NCBI GenBank assembly: GCA_977017575.1
Contig: CDRNVI010000169.1
Span: 1-64,000, forward strand
Length of the DNA stretch: 64,000 bases
DNA from: Paramoeba atlantica
Taxonomy: Eukaryota > Protista > Discosea
Reading direction: 5' to 3'
This document shows, piece by piece, positions 46,058-59,350 of this stretch (the stretch's first letter is position 1; each line of letters starts with the position of its first letter). Under the pieces are notes generated by a model. The model searched no databases. It had not been told where the DNA came from and saw nothing but the letters and a program-made list of their open reading frames with translations. Made by a program: the position numbers and the translations under genes.

Positions 46058-49000
46058 TCATTCTTCCTCCATTGATTGCTGCTCTTGGATTAAATGAGCT
46101 TGTTCCAGAATCACTGGAGGCACTTCACTGTTAAAATAAAAATGTTAAGAAATTGACCAAGTGGGAAGGGGAAGATTGAGAAAAGAGGGGAAAAAAAAAA
46201 GAGGAAAAGAAGAAACAAAAATACCTCATTTCAAAATCTTCATGGACATAAGATGCAGGGAAGTAACCGACAATACCATTGGACATCCCGTGCCACCAAT
46301 CAGGATCATTGAAATCAAACACAACAATGAACTCATCTTCATCAAATGAAAGCTCACCCTGGTGGTGGTAGATCAAGTCAACAAAAAAATTCATCGTTTT
46401 TTTTTTCAAAAAAAAACAAAGGAAGGAAGAAAAAAACCTCTGCATCAGCAGTAGAATCATATAAAGTTTTTACAACCTTAACAGTTGTCAAAGGTTTCCT
46501 CTCACCTCCTCCACCAGAAGCTTGTAGTTGTTGTTGCTGTGGAGAAGGCTCTGGTTCCATCTCTTCATCTCTTGCAGGGGGAGGGGGAGGGGGAGGAGAG
46601 GCAGCTCTTTCTTCGACTACAATTCGAACTGGTGGTTTTTCGGAAGGTGGAGCTGGAGCTGCTTCTCGATCTGAAGCAGGAACAGGGGGAGCTGGAGCTG
46701 CTTCTCGTTCTGAAACAGGAACAGGGGGAGGTGGGGCTGCTTGTCGTTCTGAAACAGGAACAGGGGGAGCTGGGGCTGATTCTCGATCTGAAACAGGGAC
46801 AGGGGGAGCTGGAGCAGCACTCCTTTGTGGTTCTGGAGGAGGTGAAGCCGCTGCAGAGCCTCGATCTCCGCCTGTGAAAAAAAGAAGAAAATTCCATGGA
46901 AAAATGAGTATCCAAATACAAAAATCAAAGAAAAGGAAAATGGAGAAATTAGAAGAAGGAGAAGGGGGTGAAAGATAGGATGAAAATCAATGTGAAGAAA
47001 GTGTTAACCTGGAGGAGGAGGGGGAGCAACTGAGGGAGAAGAGGAAGAAGGAGAAGGAGAAAGAGAAGAAGGAGAAGAAGAAGAAGGGGGAGGAGGAGGA
47101 GCGTCGCCAGAGGGTGGCGGGGGAGGAGGAGCTCCTGCGTCGGGGTTGACAGTGGCGTTTGGAAGCATATTTGTTGGAAAACCCATGTTTGCTAAATCGT
47201 CCCTGTTTTTCTTTTGAAAGTTCTCGGGTTCTCCAATGACAAAATTATCTGCTTTTTGCTTTTTTTTAACTGCAAAACCTTTGAGGATTGACTTCTTTTT
47301 CCTAAAGGAATATTTGAAGAAAGAAACAAAGAATTAGTCTTTGCAAAAAACTAATAAAAGTTTGCGATAATATCAAAACAAAAGAAAAAGATAAATAAAA
47401 GACGAAATATGAGACTTAAATTCTTTTGGCTTTGAAGGTGGGAGACTCTTTGCTTCTTTTCTCTCTTGTGAGCTATTTTCCAGTGATTCCATCATCTCTT
47501 GAGTTGAGACTGGCGTTGGTGGTGGTCTTGGTGGAGGAACCTAAAATCCATAAAATCAGGAGAGAAGACAAAAGAGAAGACAAGAGAAGACAAGAAAGAG
47601 GAGAAGAAGGAAAAAAGAGGAGTCTGAACTTCTCTCTGTTATGCATGAAAGAAAGGCAAGAAGAAGAAAAGTGAAGAAAGAAAAATCTTTAGGACCTCTT
47701 GAGAAGTAACACCACCCCAATTAGCTCCCTTGAGATCATAATCAGCCTTTAAAGTATCCAATTTGAGAAAATGAAGATCATCTTTTCGCCATTTCAAATT
47801 TTTCAGTTTTCGTGGAAACTCTTGTATCGCAGCTACTTTCTCTGTGTTCTCATTTAATGATGCCAAATTTCCCTCTGCTATTTTTTTGAAGGCATCTTGT
47901 GTTGATGCTGCACATCTCGCCAACTACAAATTACTTTCATCAGAATGGAAAAAATATGGAAAAATAGGGGAAAATATTGAAAAAGTTCTTTTCAAAACCA
48001 AAGAAAGGAAGAAAAGAAGAAGAGTCACCTGTAAAAAGCGCATTTGTGTCAAGAAATAAAGCTCAGCCACCATTTCATATCGATGTTCCTATTTTTTTTT
48101 CCTTTAACCTTTTTTTTCCAATCCAATATCACACAGCCACAAAAAAAAAAACTGTTCAGTCTCAAACAACTTCAGAACACATCTCATACAAAAAAAATAA
48201 TTATTCAATTCTTTTTTTTTAAAAAAAAAAACCTCAATTGCACCACATTTATCATTAATCGCTTTACCCATTTTTTGAATTCGAGAAGAGTCACCCTTTT
48301 TCTTCTCTTTATCTCCAAAGTGCTTTAATTTGTCGATGGCCCAATCATACCTTGTGTTCATATCATCTAAATCATTCTCTAAAAAAAGGATATCTTCTTC
48401 AAACAGTTTCGCCTATTTGAAAAGAATTTCTTTTTAGAAAAAAAAATCATTTTAAAATCAATGGGATCTATGTTTTTCCCAACAAGGAATGGTGTCCCAT
48501 GAATTAAGAAAAAATAATTCCAGAAGGGAAGATTTTTTTTCTCCTTTTCATTTCCAAAAAAAAATCAAAAAAAAAATAATAACCTCAGATTGGAAAGAAG
48601 AGAAAACATTTGATTTGAGCTGATCCGCTTGCTCTTTTAGGATTGTGGACATTTTTTTCTGTCTTTCTGCCAAGATGGCCAAACCTTCACAGACTGGGTT
48701 GTCTCCAACTGGGCTATTGTTTTGTTTGTTTTTTTAGTATTTTGTCATGAGTAAGAAAGAGAAATAGTTATGTGTTGTGTGATGTGTTCAAAGAACACTG
48801 TTTTATGATTCTAAAATTTTGATGAATGAATGAGGGAAAAGAAACCTTGGATCTAAATAGGATAAAGATTGAGGTAAACCCTTTGATTCATTCGCAACTG
48901 ACTGTTGTCACCAAGTTTGTCAAAAACAAAAAGGATGGAGAAAAAGAAGAGAGAGAGAGAGAAAAAAAGGAACTTGGTAATTGTCAGCAGCTTTCGAAAG

Positions 49001-49311
49001 AGCATTTGCAAGAGCCATCCCACTTTTGGAAGTTCTTTGTAAATCATGTTGATATGCGGTCATTGCCTGTTGTATCTTTTCAGCATTCCAATTCAAATTG
49101 AAAATTATTGTTGAGTGGTCACAATTCTTTTTCAAACTACGGGGCTCTTTTTCCCGCCCTCTTCTCTTTTTTGTTCACAAAAAAATAAAAAGGAAAAGAA
49201 AAAGAAAAAGACCTTCATAACTAAATGCAAATCACCAGTTTGTTTTCTGTAACGTTTGAATTCATTGTCCACTCGATTACGGGCAGTGTGGACACTTCCC
49301 GGAATAGACAT
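46058..49311 (-). CDS. BAR-like coiled-coil + Pro-rich + SH3 adaptor protein, multi-exon
   Basis: N-terminal helical exons; degenerate CRIB-like VIGEPENFQK; polyproline; SH3 VKTLYDSTADAE|GELSFDEDEFIVVFDFNDPDWWHG...GYFPASYV; stop TGA at 46058. Confidence 0.8.
46648..46818 (-). repeat. 39-bp coding repeat x~4 (APAPPVPVSERxA)
   Basis: Directly visible tandem units. Confidence 0.85.
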
Positions 49312-49719
49312 AGCAGAAATGAACCAAAACACAAACAACACAAAACAAAAAAAAAAAAAAAACAAAAAGAAAAAGGCAAAGAAAACACGCAAAAAACAAA
49401 AAAAAACAACACAAAAAAAAGAGGGTCAAAAAACCGATTTTAAACGGGAAAAAAAATTGGTGTCCCAATGGACACCATCTTCGGAAGAAAAGCCAAAAAT
49501 GGGCGATTTTTGCACTTCAATTTTTTCGTTCGAATTTTGGGGCCCATTTTTTTGAACCACAAAAAAAAAGAGACTCTTTTGTTTTTGTGTGTTGATTGAG
49601 GAGAGAGGATCGGTGAACACTCAGTTTCTCATTTGTCTTTTATTTTTTCACCCCCACCCACCCACCCACCCACCCCTTTTTCAGTTTCAGTTTCAGTTTT
49701 TCAAAAAAGAAAAGAAACT

Positions 49720-52298
49720 ATGAGCTATAGTGAGTCTGTGTTTCGCAATAAGATTGTTGAGGCGCTTGAGAAAGTGAAGACAATCTTAGATAATACCAAA
49801 TCTCCCAATTTGGCGAAGAATGTGCATCACCGGTATGATGACAAATACTTGTTGGCTGAATTTCTAACCAACCTCGGAAATGCAAGTATCATTACTGTCT
49901 TGACCACTCTCGGACTCAAGGGTGATCATCTGGAAACCCTCTATGGATGGTGTATGAGTTCTCGTGCGGTTTCTCTTCGTTTGTATGCTGAAGAACGATG
50001 CTCATTTGTGAAAACTGTAAAGAGGACAGAAGAAGGGAAAACAAAACATGTCACATCGATCAGCACTCCTATTGGTGGTGGAAAGATCACCTCAGGAACT
50101 GTACACAAAATTACAGAACATTTTTGGAAGTTTGATTTTGAATACCGTCTCATTGCCTACCCTGGAACCAGTGTTGATGAAGGTATTGTCTTTAATGAAA
50201 GAAAAGGAAGCTATGAAATTATGACTTCCGTCAAATCTTCACCTCGAGAAGAGGCTCTCATTCGTCCTCACGTCGATTTCAACATCACATGGCTCCTTCA
50301 GCGAATGAATGAAAAACTGCAGTCCAATTTCTCGATTGATCGGTCAAATCCAAAGTGCCACACACCTCGCCGAAACTCTGATATTTTTTCAGCCCTGGAT
50401 TTCTTTGGTCGTTTTTCATCTTGGTGTTCACAAGTTCAAACGTATTTTAAGAAGGTGCTTTTTCCAATCCAGACCGGTCATTCTTTGGATTTAGGAAGCA
50501 TTAATTGTGACGGTATTTTTATCCCTGTGCTCCCATTTTTTGAAGGAAAAAATGAAGAAGAAGAAGAGGAAAGTTCTCCTTCAGATGCGAAAGCAATTGA
50601 AGATAAAAGTGAAGGAAAAAAAGAAGAAGAATCTTCCTCTTCCTCTTCCTCTTCCTCTTCCTCCTCTTCTTCCTCTGTCGCCTCCCCTGCTTCTGTTGTC
50701 TTGGTGAGTGGAGAATCAGAAGTTCTCCCACTTTCTTATATTGGGCCCTTTTTTGGAGAACAACAACGCGGATTTGAAGAAAAATTTTCCAATTTTGCGA
50801 AAGCATTCCCAAATAGCAACATCATTACCCCTCAAGAGGCCAGACTCTGTGTGTCAGTTTTGTATGGAATGGAGTTGGCAAAGAGTTACCACTCTGGTGT
50901 TGATTTTATTGAACAAATGTTACGTGAGCAATTAATTGCTGCAATCGGGAAAGTGGTGACACCAGTTGACTTTTCCAATTACATGAGATTTCATTATCGA
51001 AAGTTGTTTCGTTCAGATTTTTTGCCAAAACCATTTTGTTATGCAATTCGTCGCCCCGACCATTCACCTGAAGGTCCTTTTTTTTTTTTATTCACCCTTG
51101 TTACTTATCTCTCTCTCTCTCTCTCCTTCTCCCTTTCTCTTCCCTGATGAGCGATTCTTTTGATACTTACATCGGTATAATTTTAAGGTGTCCTTTCGAT
51201 TGAGGAACAAGAAGGGGGAGAGATGGCTGATCCTGTTGTGACGATTACAAGTATCAAACCTGCTAATAGGTCTGTATTCTGTGTTTCTTCTTTCTCTCTC
51301 TCTCTCTCTTTTCTCTTTGAGGCTGTGTCTCTCCTCCTCCCCTCTATTCACTCTCTCTTTTGATTACCAGTCCAATGGAGTTTTCGATTGATGCTGCCAC
51401 AAAAGTAAGATTTTATGGTGATAGATACCTTCACTCATTTGTTTCCCATCAATTTTCAGGTTCCTCATTCTTTTGGAGCCAAAAGAGGAATCCCTCCAGC
51501 AATTTTTTTTTTATTTTTCTTTTGAAGTGCAAAAACTGACTCTTTTTTGGATTAATTGCAGGTTACACATCAAGCAAACTCAATCTTGTAGCAACAACAC
51601 GTCAATTTTGTGGTTACATTTTGGTTGTTGGTAGAATTATTTCTGCAACTGAATTTGAGCCGAAAGATGCTATTATCCTCCAGGTTTATTTTTTTAAAAA
51701 AGAAGTTCATTTTGTTTGGTGTGGTTGTTGTCTGTTTTGAGGCTTACACACACTTTAAAATAGAATAAAGATGAGTTGAAAATCCCATTGAACATGGAAA
51801 AGATTCCGACTCCTCAACAGTTTAAAGACGCCATTGAAAGTCTTTCTCCCGAACAACAACGTTTTTGCAAGGTTTTTTTCTTCATTCTTTTCTCACTCAT
51901 TTTATATTTTCTTCTTTTTTTCTAACGCGAAAGATCACAGGCATTCAGAAGCATGCAATTGGAGCACACTTTGTTAGGAATTTGTGTGATTCAGATTAAA
52001 CCACAATTGGAGCGCCTGCTGAACCTCCCTGATGACAGTCTCACCAAAGAAATTGAATTAACACAACAACTTATCTCGCTCTTTATTAAGTACCAGATCC
52101 CCTCCGATCTCTTATCTTACGACGGGGAGGAAGATTTATCCGTGCCTGAAAAGTTGAAGGTTGTCGAAGATTATGTAGAGAAGATGAACCAAATGGTCGC
52201 GCGCTCGAAGGAGAAGGAGTTGGGTGTTGCTCTCGACAGACAGTCTTATCGAAAGGCTGATCCTTCTTTCATCCCCACAACTGTCATTACAACAACAA

Positions 52299-52333
<35 letters not shown>

Positions 52334-53176
52334 AGATTTGGTTTCTTCAGCAAACATGTTTCTTCAGTTGGTGGTGCGGCTGGAGGTGGGGGTGGTGGCC
52401 CCGCTGGTGGTGATGCACCCTCTCCTCCTTCTCGACAAACCACACCAGATTCAGTTGCCGATCCTCTTCGCTTCAGTCAATTTGATGATGTAATATTTTC
52501 CCCTCTTTTGTTTAAAATTCTTTTTCTTTTTCGCCTTCTCGTCCTCTCTCTCCCTTCTTTTCTTTTGGGGAAAAACTGACGCCATTATTCTCTCATGTAG
52601 GAGGAGCAGCAAGGGGGTGTGGTCAAGGTTGGAGAAATTATTGATTACACACAGATTCCAATCGAACTTGATCATAAATTTGGGAAGTTGGGACGCGAAA
52701 ATACATTGAAGCCCTCAATCATCCACCTTCATAATACGTGGACCAAAACCCGCCAAGCAAGCCTCCTTTCCCAACCCACCACCAGGTCTGATTTTTTCTT
52801 TTCTTTTTTTTCTTTCTTTTTGTGTCTTTTCTCTTACTTTCTCTCTTACTTTCTTTTTGGGCAATATAGTCTCGTCAGAGAAGAGGAACAAAGAACGGAA
52901 AGAAATGAAGCATTTGATCTCTTGGACGCTCTGACCAAAAGCGGAGAGCTTTCAATTCGAAGTGCATCTTTACACGTTGTAATTGCGTCGACTCATTGTT
53001 TTGATAAAACTTTGATTGATACAATTGTTCAAGATAACGTCAATCCAATTGAAAAGGTAGAGAAGTCTTCTTTAATGATTGCTAGCACAATCCACGATCT
53101 TCCCATCGCTGAGTTGGTGAATGAGAGCCAGATTGAGAGACTGAGGACTCATTCCGCTATCAGTTTTGAAGAGTGA
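49720..53176 (+). CDS. Large hypothetical protein, multi-exon, no recognised domain
   Basis: Long first exon and consistent GT-AG splicing through [29 protein letters not shown]|[18 protein letters not shown] and [15 protein letters not shown], ending at TGA 53176. Confidence 0.85.
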
Positions 53177-53522
53177 TGTGTTGTTATGTGCGTTGGTTGA
53201 TTGTCACGGAGGAGAGAGAGAGAGAGAGAAGAGAGAGAAGAGAGAGAGAGAAGAGAGGGAGAGAGTTTCAATAAATTACAAGTTTACATAAAAAATAGAG
53301 AGAGAGAGATTGAATGAAATGATTTTGGCTTTTATTTTCTTTTTTGAAAATTTTGTACAACTTTTCTCACCGTTATCTCACGCAACAAATCAAAAAGGGA
53401 AGGGAGGGAGGGATTGATTGAGAGGAAGGAAGGAAGGATGAAAGTGAAGAGGATTGGAGAAAAGAGAAAAGAGAATAGAAGAGAGGGAATCTTGATCCAA
53501 TAATAATAATTCAACTGACACT

Positions 53523-55478
53523 TTAACAACAATTGTCACAACAAGCACAACAAGAAGCAAAGCAACAAAAATAATATTTACGACATTTGGCACATTTCAA
53601 TTTCTTTGCTTCTTTGTGAAAATCTTGTGCGTTTTCCTTGAGAAAGAAACAAAAGTCAATTTTTTTTTCTTTTAAAACCCCCAAAAAAATTCGAAAAGAA
53701 ATGACAAACTTCAAGTTGTTGTGTATTTTGTTGAAGAGTTTCAAGTTTTTCTCCTCTTTCGACCGCTTTTTCTATTTTGCCAAACATTAAAAAAATAGCA
53801 AGAAAAAGAAAAAGAGAAAAGAGAGGGAAAAAAGAGAAAGAGAAAAGAGAAAGAAAAGAGAAAAGATACGAAGATTCTTCGCCATAATTTCTTTGACTTC
53901 TTCAACTTCCAGCAAAACTCCTCTTAATTTATCAGCATCTTTGTTTGTCAAAAAGAATTCCTAAAAAAAAGAGAGAGAACCACATTTTAAAGGGAGAAAG
54001 AGGAAAAAAAGAATTGAGCAAAAGAGGAAAGGGGCAAAGAGAAAGAAAAGAGAGAGAGAAAGAGATCAAGGAAAGAGAGAACAGGAAGAAACAAAAGAAA
54101 GGAGAAAAAAAAAAGGAGAAAAAAGAAAAGAAAAAAGAAAAGAAAAAAGAAAAGAAAAAAGAAAAAGAAAAAAGAAAAAGAAAAGAAAAAAAAAAAAACA
54201 AGTTCAGTTCTCATAAATTTGCGATATTTGCCTCGATTAAGTTTTTGACCACCATGCACATATTTTGTAAAAAAATCTTTTCGGATGTGTTCCAAGTATC
54301 TTGTTTTTTTTTTTTGATTAATATAATTCAAAGAGAGAAGAAAGAAAGAATAAATAAGAAATCAATTTAAGAAGAATAAATTTGTTCCTTTTCTCTTTTT
54401 CATTTTCTTTCCCCTCTCCTCTCTCTCTCTCTTTCCTCTCTCTCTCTCTTCCTCTTCAAAAAAAAAATCAAAGAGAACGCCATCAAAATACGAAGTTGAA
54501 CTTGTTCATCAGCACCAATAATAAAACAGAAGCCTTCTCCAGCCAAATAAGCAAATCTTAACCTAATGTTTCAGTGAGAATTAATGAAAGAAAGAAAAGA
54601 AAAAGAAGAGAGAAAAAAAAAACACTGTATTAAAGGAAATAGATAAAAGGAAAAGAAGAAAAAAGAAAAGGAAAAAAAAGAAAAAAAGAGAAAGACAAAA
54701 AAAGAGAAAGAGAAAAAAGAAAAGAAGAAAAGAAAAAAAAAGAAAAAAAGAGGAAAAAGAAAGAAAAAAGGAAAAAAAGAGAAAAAGAGAAAAAAGAAAA
54801 AAGAGGAAAAAAGAAAAGAGAAAAAGAAAAAACGTTTGAAAATTGCCAAAGACACCTTTTTTGGCACGCCCTTCCATTGGCACTTGTTCTGCGATTAATG
54901 ATACCACCTAATTTTTTGTTTATTATTTTTTTTTATTTTTTTATTTTTTTATTTTTTTATTTTATTATTTTAATATTTTGTTATTTCTTCTTTCTGAAAT
55001 ATTTATTTCTGATTTCTTATTTCTTATTTCTTATTTTAATCTTAATTTTTAATTTAATTTTTGGGTTTGAGTTTTGTTTTTTGGCACATCCTTTCAGAAT
55101 GGTACTTGTTCTGCAAGTTAAATGATATTTCTTTCTTTTTATTTTTTCTTCTTCCTCTTATTTGATTATTATTTACTTATTGTCATTGTTTCTTATGATT
55201 TTATTGTATTATATTTTTGTTTTTTAGTTTTGTTTTTTGAATCTTCTTTTCTTTGTTCCTAATCTCTTTCTTTTCTCTTCTCTTTCTTCTAATCTTCAAA
55301 AAATAGAACAAAAAAGAATAAACCTTTGCAATTTCTTCTGATGCCTTTTCAGACTCCACAAGAACATCATCATCCTGATTTGAAATGAGTTTTCTCTTCT
55401 CCTCATTCTTTCTTTTTTCCCTCTCTCTCTTCAAACCTGAATCACTGCCGCATATCCATATGAATCTCTGACTGCCAT
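53523..55478 (-). CDS. VAMP7-like longin R-SNARE; C-terminus frame ambiguous
   Basis: Longin exons (LRFAYLAGEGFCFIIGADE, YLEHIRKDF). SNARE motif DKLRGVLLEVEEVKEIMAKNL|QKAVERGEKLETL...FHKEAKKLK with the zero-layer R. Confidence 0.85.
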
Positions 55479-55745
55479 TTTCTCAAAAAAATTGAAAGAA
55501 CAAAAAGAAAAGAAGAGAGAGAGAGAGAAGAAAGAAAGAACAAAACTCAAAAAAACAAACAAAGGGCGAAAAACAAAAAATAAAAAAAAACCACAAACAA
55601 AAAAACAATCTAAAAAATAGCGCCCCATTTTAAGAAATTATATTTCTAAATTTAGAGACTTAAAATTTAGAGAACTAAAAATCTCCATTCTTTTTCTTTT
55701 TCTTTTTCTTTTTCTTTCACTCTTTTTTGTTTTCGAGAGAGAGAA

Positions 55746-58700
55746 ATGAAAGTTTTTTGTTTGGCGTTGGTGTTGTTGGTTGGTTTGGCTGTTTGTGGCC
55801 CTTCCACTTCTCTCTTTTTGAAAAAGTTGCGACAGCGAATGGACCAAATTCGTTTTGATCAAGAGGTTTTTTCTTTTTTGAATTTTTGAGTTGAGAATTT
55901 TTTTGATTTCTTTTCCTTTTTTTTTTTTCATTTTTTAATTCTCATTCGATATTTCATCAAAAAAATCTCAAACAAAATAAAAAAATTCATAAACAAAAAA
56001 CAAAAAAACAAAACAAAACAAAAAAATAGGATGTAGAAGAAGCAGGAGAGACATACTCTTATACCCAGAGACGTGATCATTTTAATACTCTTGATGAAGC
56101 TATTTTTAAACAAGTTTTTCTTTTTTTCTTTCTTTTTTCTTTTTTTCTTTTTTTCTTTTTTTCTTTTTTTCTTTTTTTCTTTTTTCTTTCTTTTTTCTTT
56201 TTCTTTTTTCTCTTTACTATTGACTAAGAACGGGAACACAGCGGTATTTCATCAATGACACTTTTTATCAAAAAGAGGGTCCAGTCTTCTTCATGTTGGG
56301 ACAAGAGGTAATCTCATTCTCTTCTTCTTTTTCTTCTTTTCTTTTTCTTTTTCTTTTTTCTCTTTTTCTCTTTTTCTCTTTTTCTCTTTTTCTCTTTTTC
56401 TTTCTCTTTTTCTCTTTTTTTCTTTTTCTTTTCTTTTTCTTTTATTAATTCAAGAAAAAATAGGGTCCTTCTTCTCCCAACGATGTCTCTCGAGGATTAC
56501 CAATTTATCTTGCAGAGAAGTTTGGAGCTTTGGTTGTTGAGGTTCTTTTCTCTCTCTCTCTCTCTCTTCTTTCTCTCTTCTCTCCTTTTTTTTCTCCTCT
56601 CTCTTTTCTCTTTTTTCTCTCTTCCTTATTATTTTGTTTGTTGGTTGTTCAGCCCCTCTCTTTCTTTTCCTTTCTTTTCCTTTCCTTTCCTTTCCTCTTC
56701 TCTTTTGAACCAATGAATAGCTGGAACATCGATATTATGGACCCGGGGAAAGTGTCCCTGTCGACAATTTGACCACACCAAACATGAGATGGCTTTCAAG
56801 TTCCCAGGTTCATTTTCTTTTCTTTTTTCTTTCTGTTTTTCTGTTTTTCTGATTGTTATGATTTTTATGATTTTTATGATTATTTATGATTATTTATGAT
56901 TATTTATGATTATTTATGATTATTTATGAGTTTTATTATTGATCTTTCGTTTTGATTTTATCTTTGAATTTTGGTTGAATTGTTTTATTTTATTTTAATT
57001 ATTATTATTCATTATTATTAATGATTTGTTATTTTTTTTTTATGAAAGGCTCTTGAGGATTTTGCTCACTTCCGTATTGACTTTGCTGATCTTCATCCTG
57101 AATACAACATGGAGGTATCCTCTTCCTTTCCCTTCTTTCCCTTCTTTCCCTCTTCTCTTTCCTTTTTCTCTTCTTCCCTTTCTTCCCTTTTTCCTTTTTT
57201 TTTTCTGAGAATTTTATTCGAATTTTTTGTTTTTCATTTTTCATTTTCTTTTATTGAACAGAGAGATACAAAGTGGATTATTTTTGGATGCAGTTATGCT
57301 GGTGAGTTTTTGTCCATTTTTTTTTCTTTTGCTTTTTCTCTTTTGATTGTTTTCTCTCATTATTTTGATTTTCTTTTTTTTTTCTTTTCCTATTTCTTTG
57401 TGTTAAAAAAAAAATAAATAGGTGCAATGTCCTCTTGGTTGAGAATGAAGTACCCTCATTTGTTTTTGTCTGCGATTGGTGGATCTGGCCCTGTTGAAGC
57501 TGAAGTTTGTTTTTCAACTCTTTTCCTTCTTTTTTTCTTTCCTTGTCTCCTTTTCCCCTCTTTCCTCTTTTGTTTTGACTCATTTTTTGTTAGGTTGATT
57601 TTGTTCAATATGACCAAACAGTCACATATTCATTAAACTTGAATTCAGAAGAGTGCCACATGCAATCCCAACAAGCGATGGCTGATGTCTCTCTTTAATT
57701 TTTTAATTTTCTTTCTTCTTTCTTATTTTTTTGTTCATCTTCTCCAAATAGGCTGGAACAATGTCTCAAGATTCTTCCAACTGGCCTCAATTGGAAGCGA
57801 TGTTCAACACATGCACTCCTATTACAAATCCTCTTGACTTTGTTGATACTGTTTATAACCCACTTGCTTTCTCCGTTCAGGTTTGTTGGAAGAGAAGACT
57901 TTCAAGTTGTTGTTCTCTAAAATCTTTTCTTTTTTGGTTCAGTGTTTGTTTTGTGTTTAGTGTTTTTATTATAAATAATTTTTCTTTTGCAGTACAATTT
58001 GGCAGTAACAGGATATCCTCGAGATGGGCTTTGTGAGACAATGACAAATACATCTAATACTCCTCTTGAGAACTTGGCGATGGCCAACGCGAATCCCAAA
58101 TTTGGTAATGCTCCTGGGTGTCTTGTTATTGACATTTACAATGGTTTGTTTTTTTTTTTTTTTTTTTGAATTTAGATTCTTTTGAGAAAAAGAAAGAAAT
58201 AAAAGGAGGGGAAAAAAGGAAAAGAATAAAAAAAGAAGAGTTGATGATTATCTTTTTATTGATATTTGGTCCTTTCAGGACCTGATGGGTTGTTGAATAT
58301 TTCGACTTCAGTTGAATTTCGTAAATGGTTTTGGCAGGTTTCTTTCATTGAACTTTCTTTTCTTTCTTGTTTTAGATCTTATAAAAAATTCTCTCTTCTC
58401 TCTTCTATTTTGTGCCCTTTCTTTCTCTAGACATGTTCGGAATTTGGTTATTACCAAACTGCCGCGGAACCACCAAGAAACACCCTTTCTACCGTCATTA
58501 ATGTCACTTATTTCTTGGATATGTGCGCAAAGACGGTTTTTTTTTTTTTTGTGAAGAAGAAGTGTGAATCAAGAGAAAGAAAGAGAAAGAAAAAAAGAGG
58601 TGCTTATTCTCCTCTTTTTAGTTTGATGATGCCTTCAGTGATCACCAAATTCGCCAAAACATCAACAACACCAATGACAGGTTTTTCATTTTTTTTTCTC

Positions 58701-59167
58701 TCCCAGATTGTTGTTGAATCAGCAACAATGAAAAAAAAAAAGGGAGGAAATATCTTTCTGTTTTTGTGAATGTTATGAACATATCTGTTTTTTCAATTTT
58801 TTTTTTTCTAAAAAATCTAATTCCTTTTTTTATGTTAGATATGGGGCGAAACACCCTCAACCAACAAATGTTTTGTATCCAAATGGTTATGAGGACCCTT
58901 GGAGCACTCTTGGTATTGAAAGAATCTTGGAACCAACTGATATGCCTGTTTTGTACAGGTTTGACACTCCTCCTTTTTGTTTCTCTTTTCTCTCTCTCTC
59001 TTCTCTCTTCTCCTTTTTTTTTTTACTTTCCGCTCAACAAAAAAAACAGAGGAGAAGGCCACTGTGCACCATTTGAGTCTCCATTGGATACCGACACTCC
59101 CTCTGTGAAAGAAGGTCGTGCTATCATTGAACAATGGCTTCGTTATTTGCTCCCTGAGCACGCTTAA
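55746..59167 (+). CDS. Serine carboxypeptidase family S28 (PRCP/PRSS16-like), secreted, multi-exon
   Basis: QRRDHF, QRYFIND, LEHRYYG, IFGCSYAG (Ser), WLRMKYPHL, NGYEDPW (Asp), GHC (His). The signal peptide needs one extra T at ~55758-55761. Confidence 0.92.
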
Positions 59168-59350
59168 GAGCTTTCTTTGTTTGTTCTTTTGTTCTTTTGA
59201 TGATATTGAAAATTTTTTCTCTTGTTCTGGTTGAAGGAGAGAATAAAAGTTTCTTTTTTGGTGACTTTTTTTTCAATCAACATTTTAAGTTTTTTGTTCT
59301 TGGAAAGGTATTGGTTTCAAGATAGATTAATTTTTCTTGATCAAAGTAGT

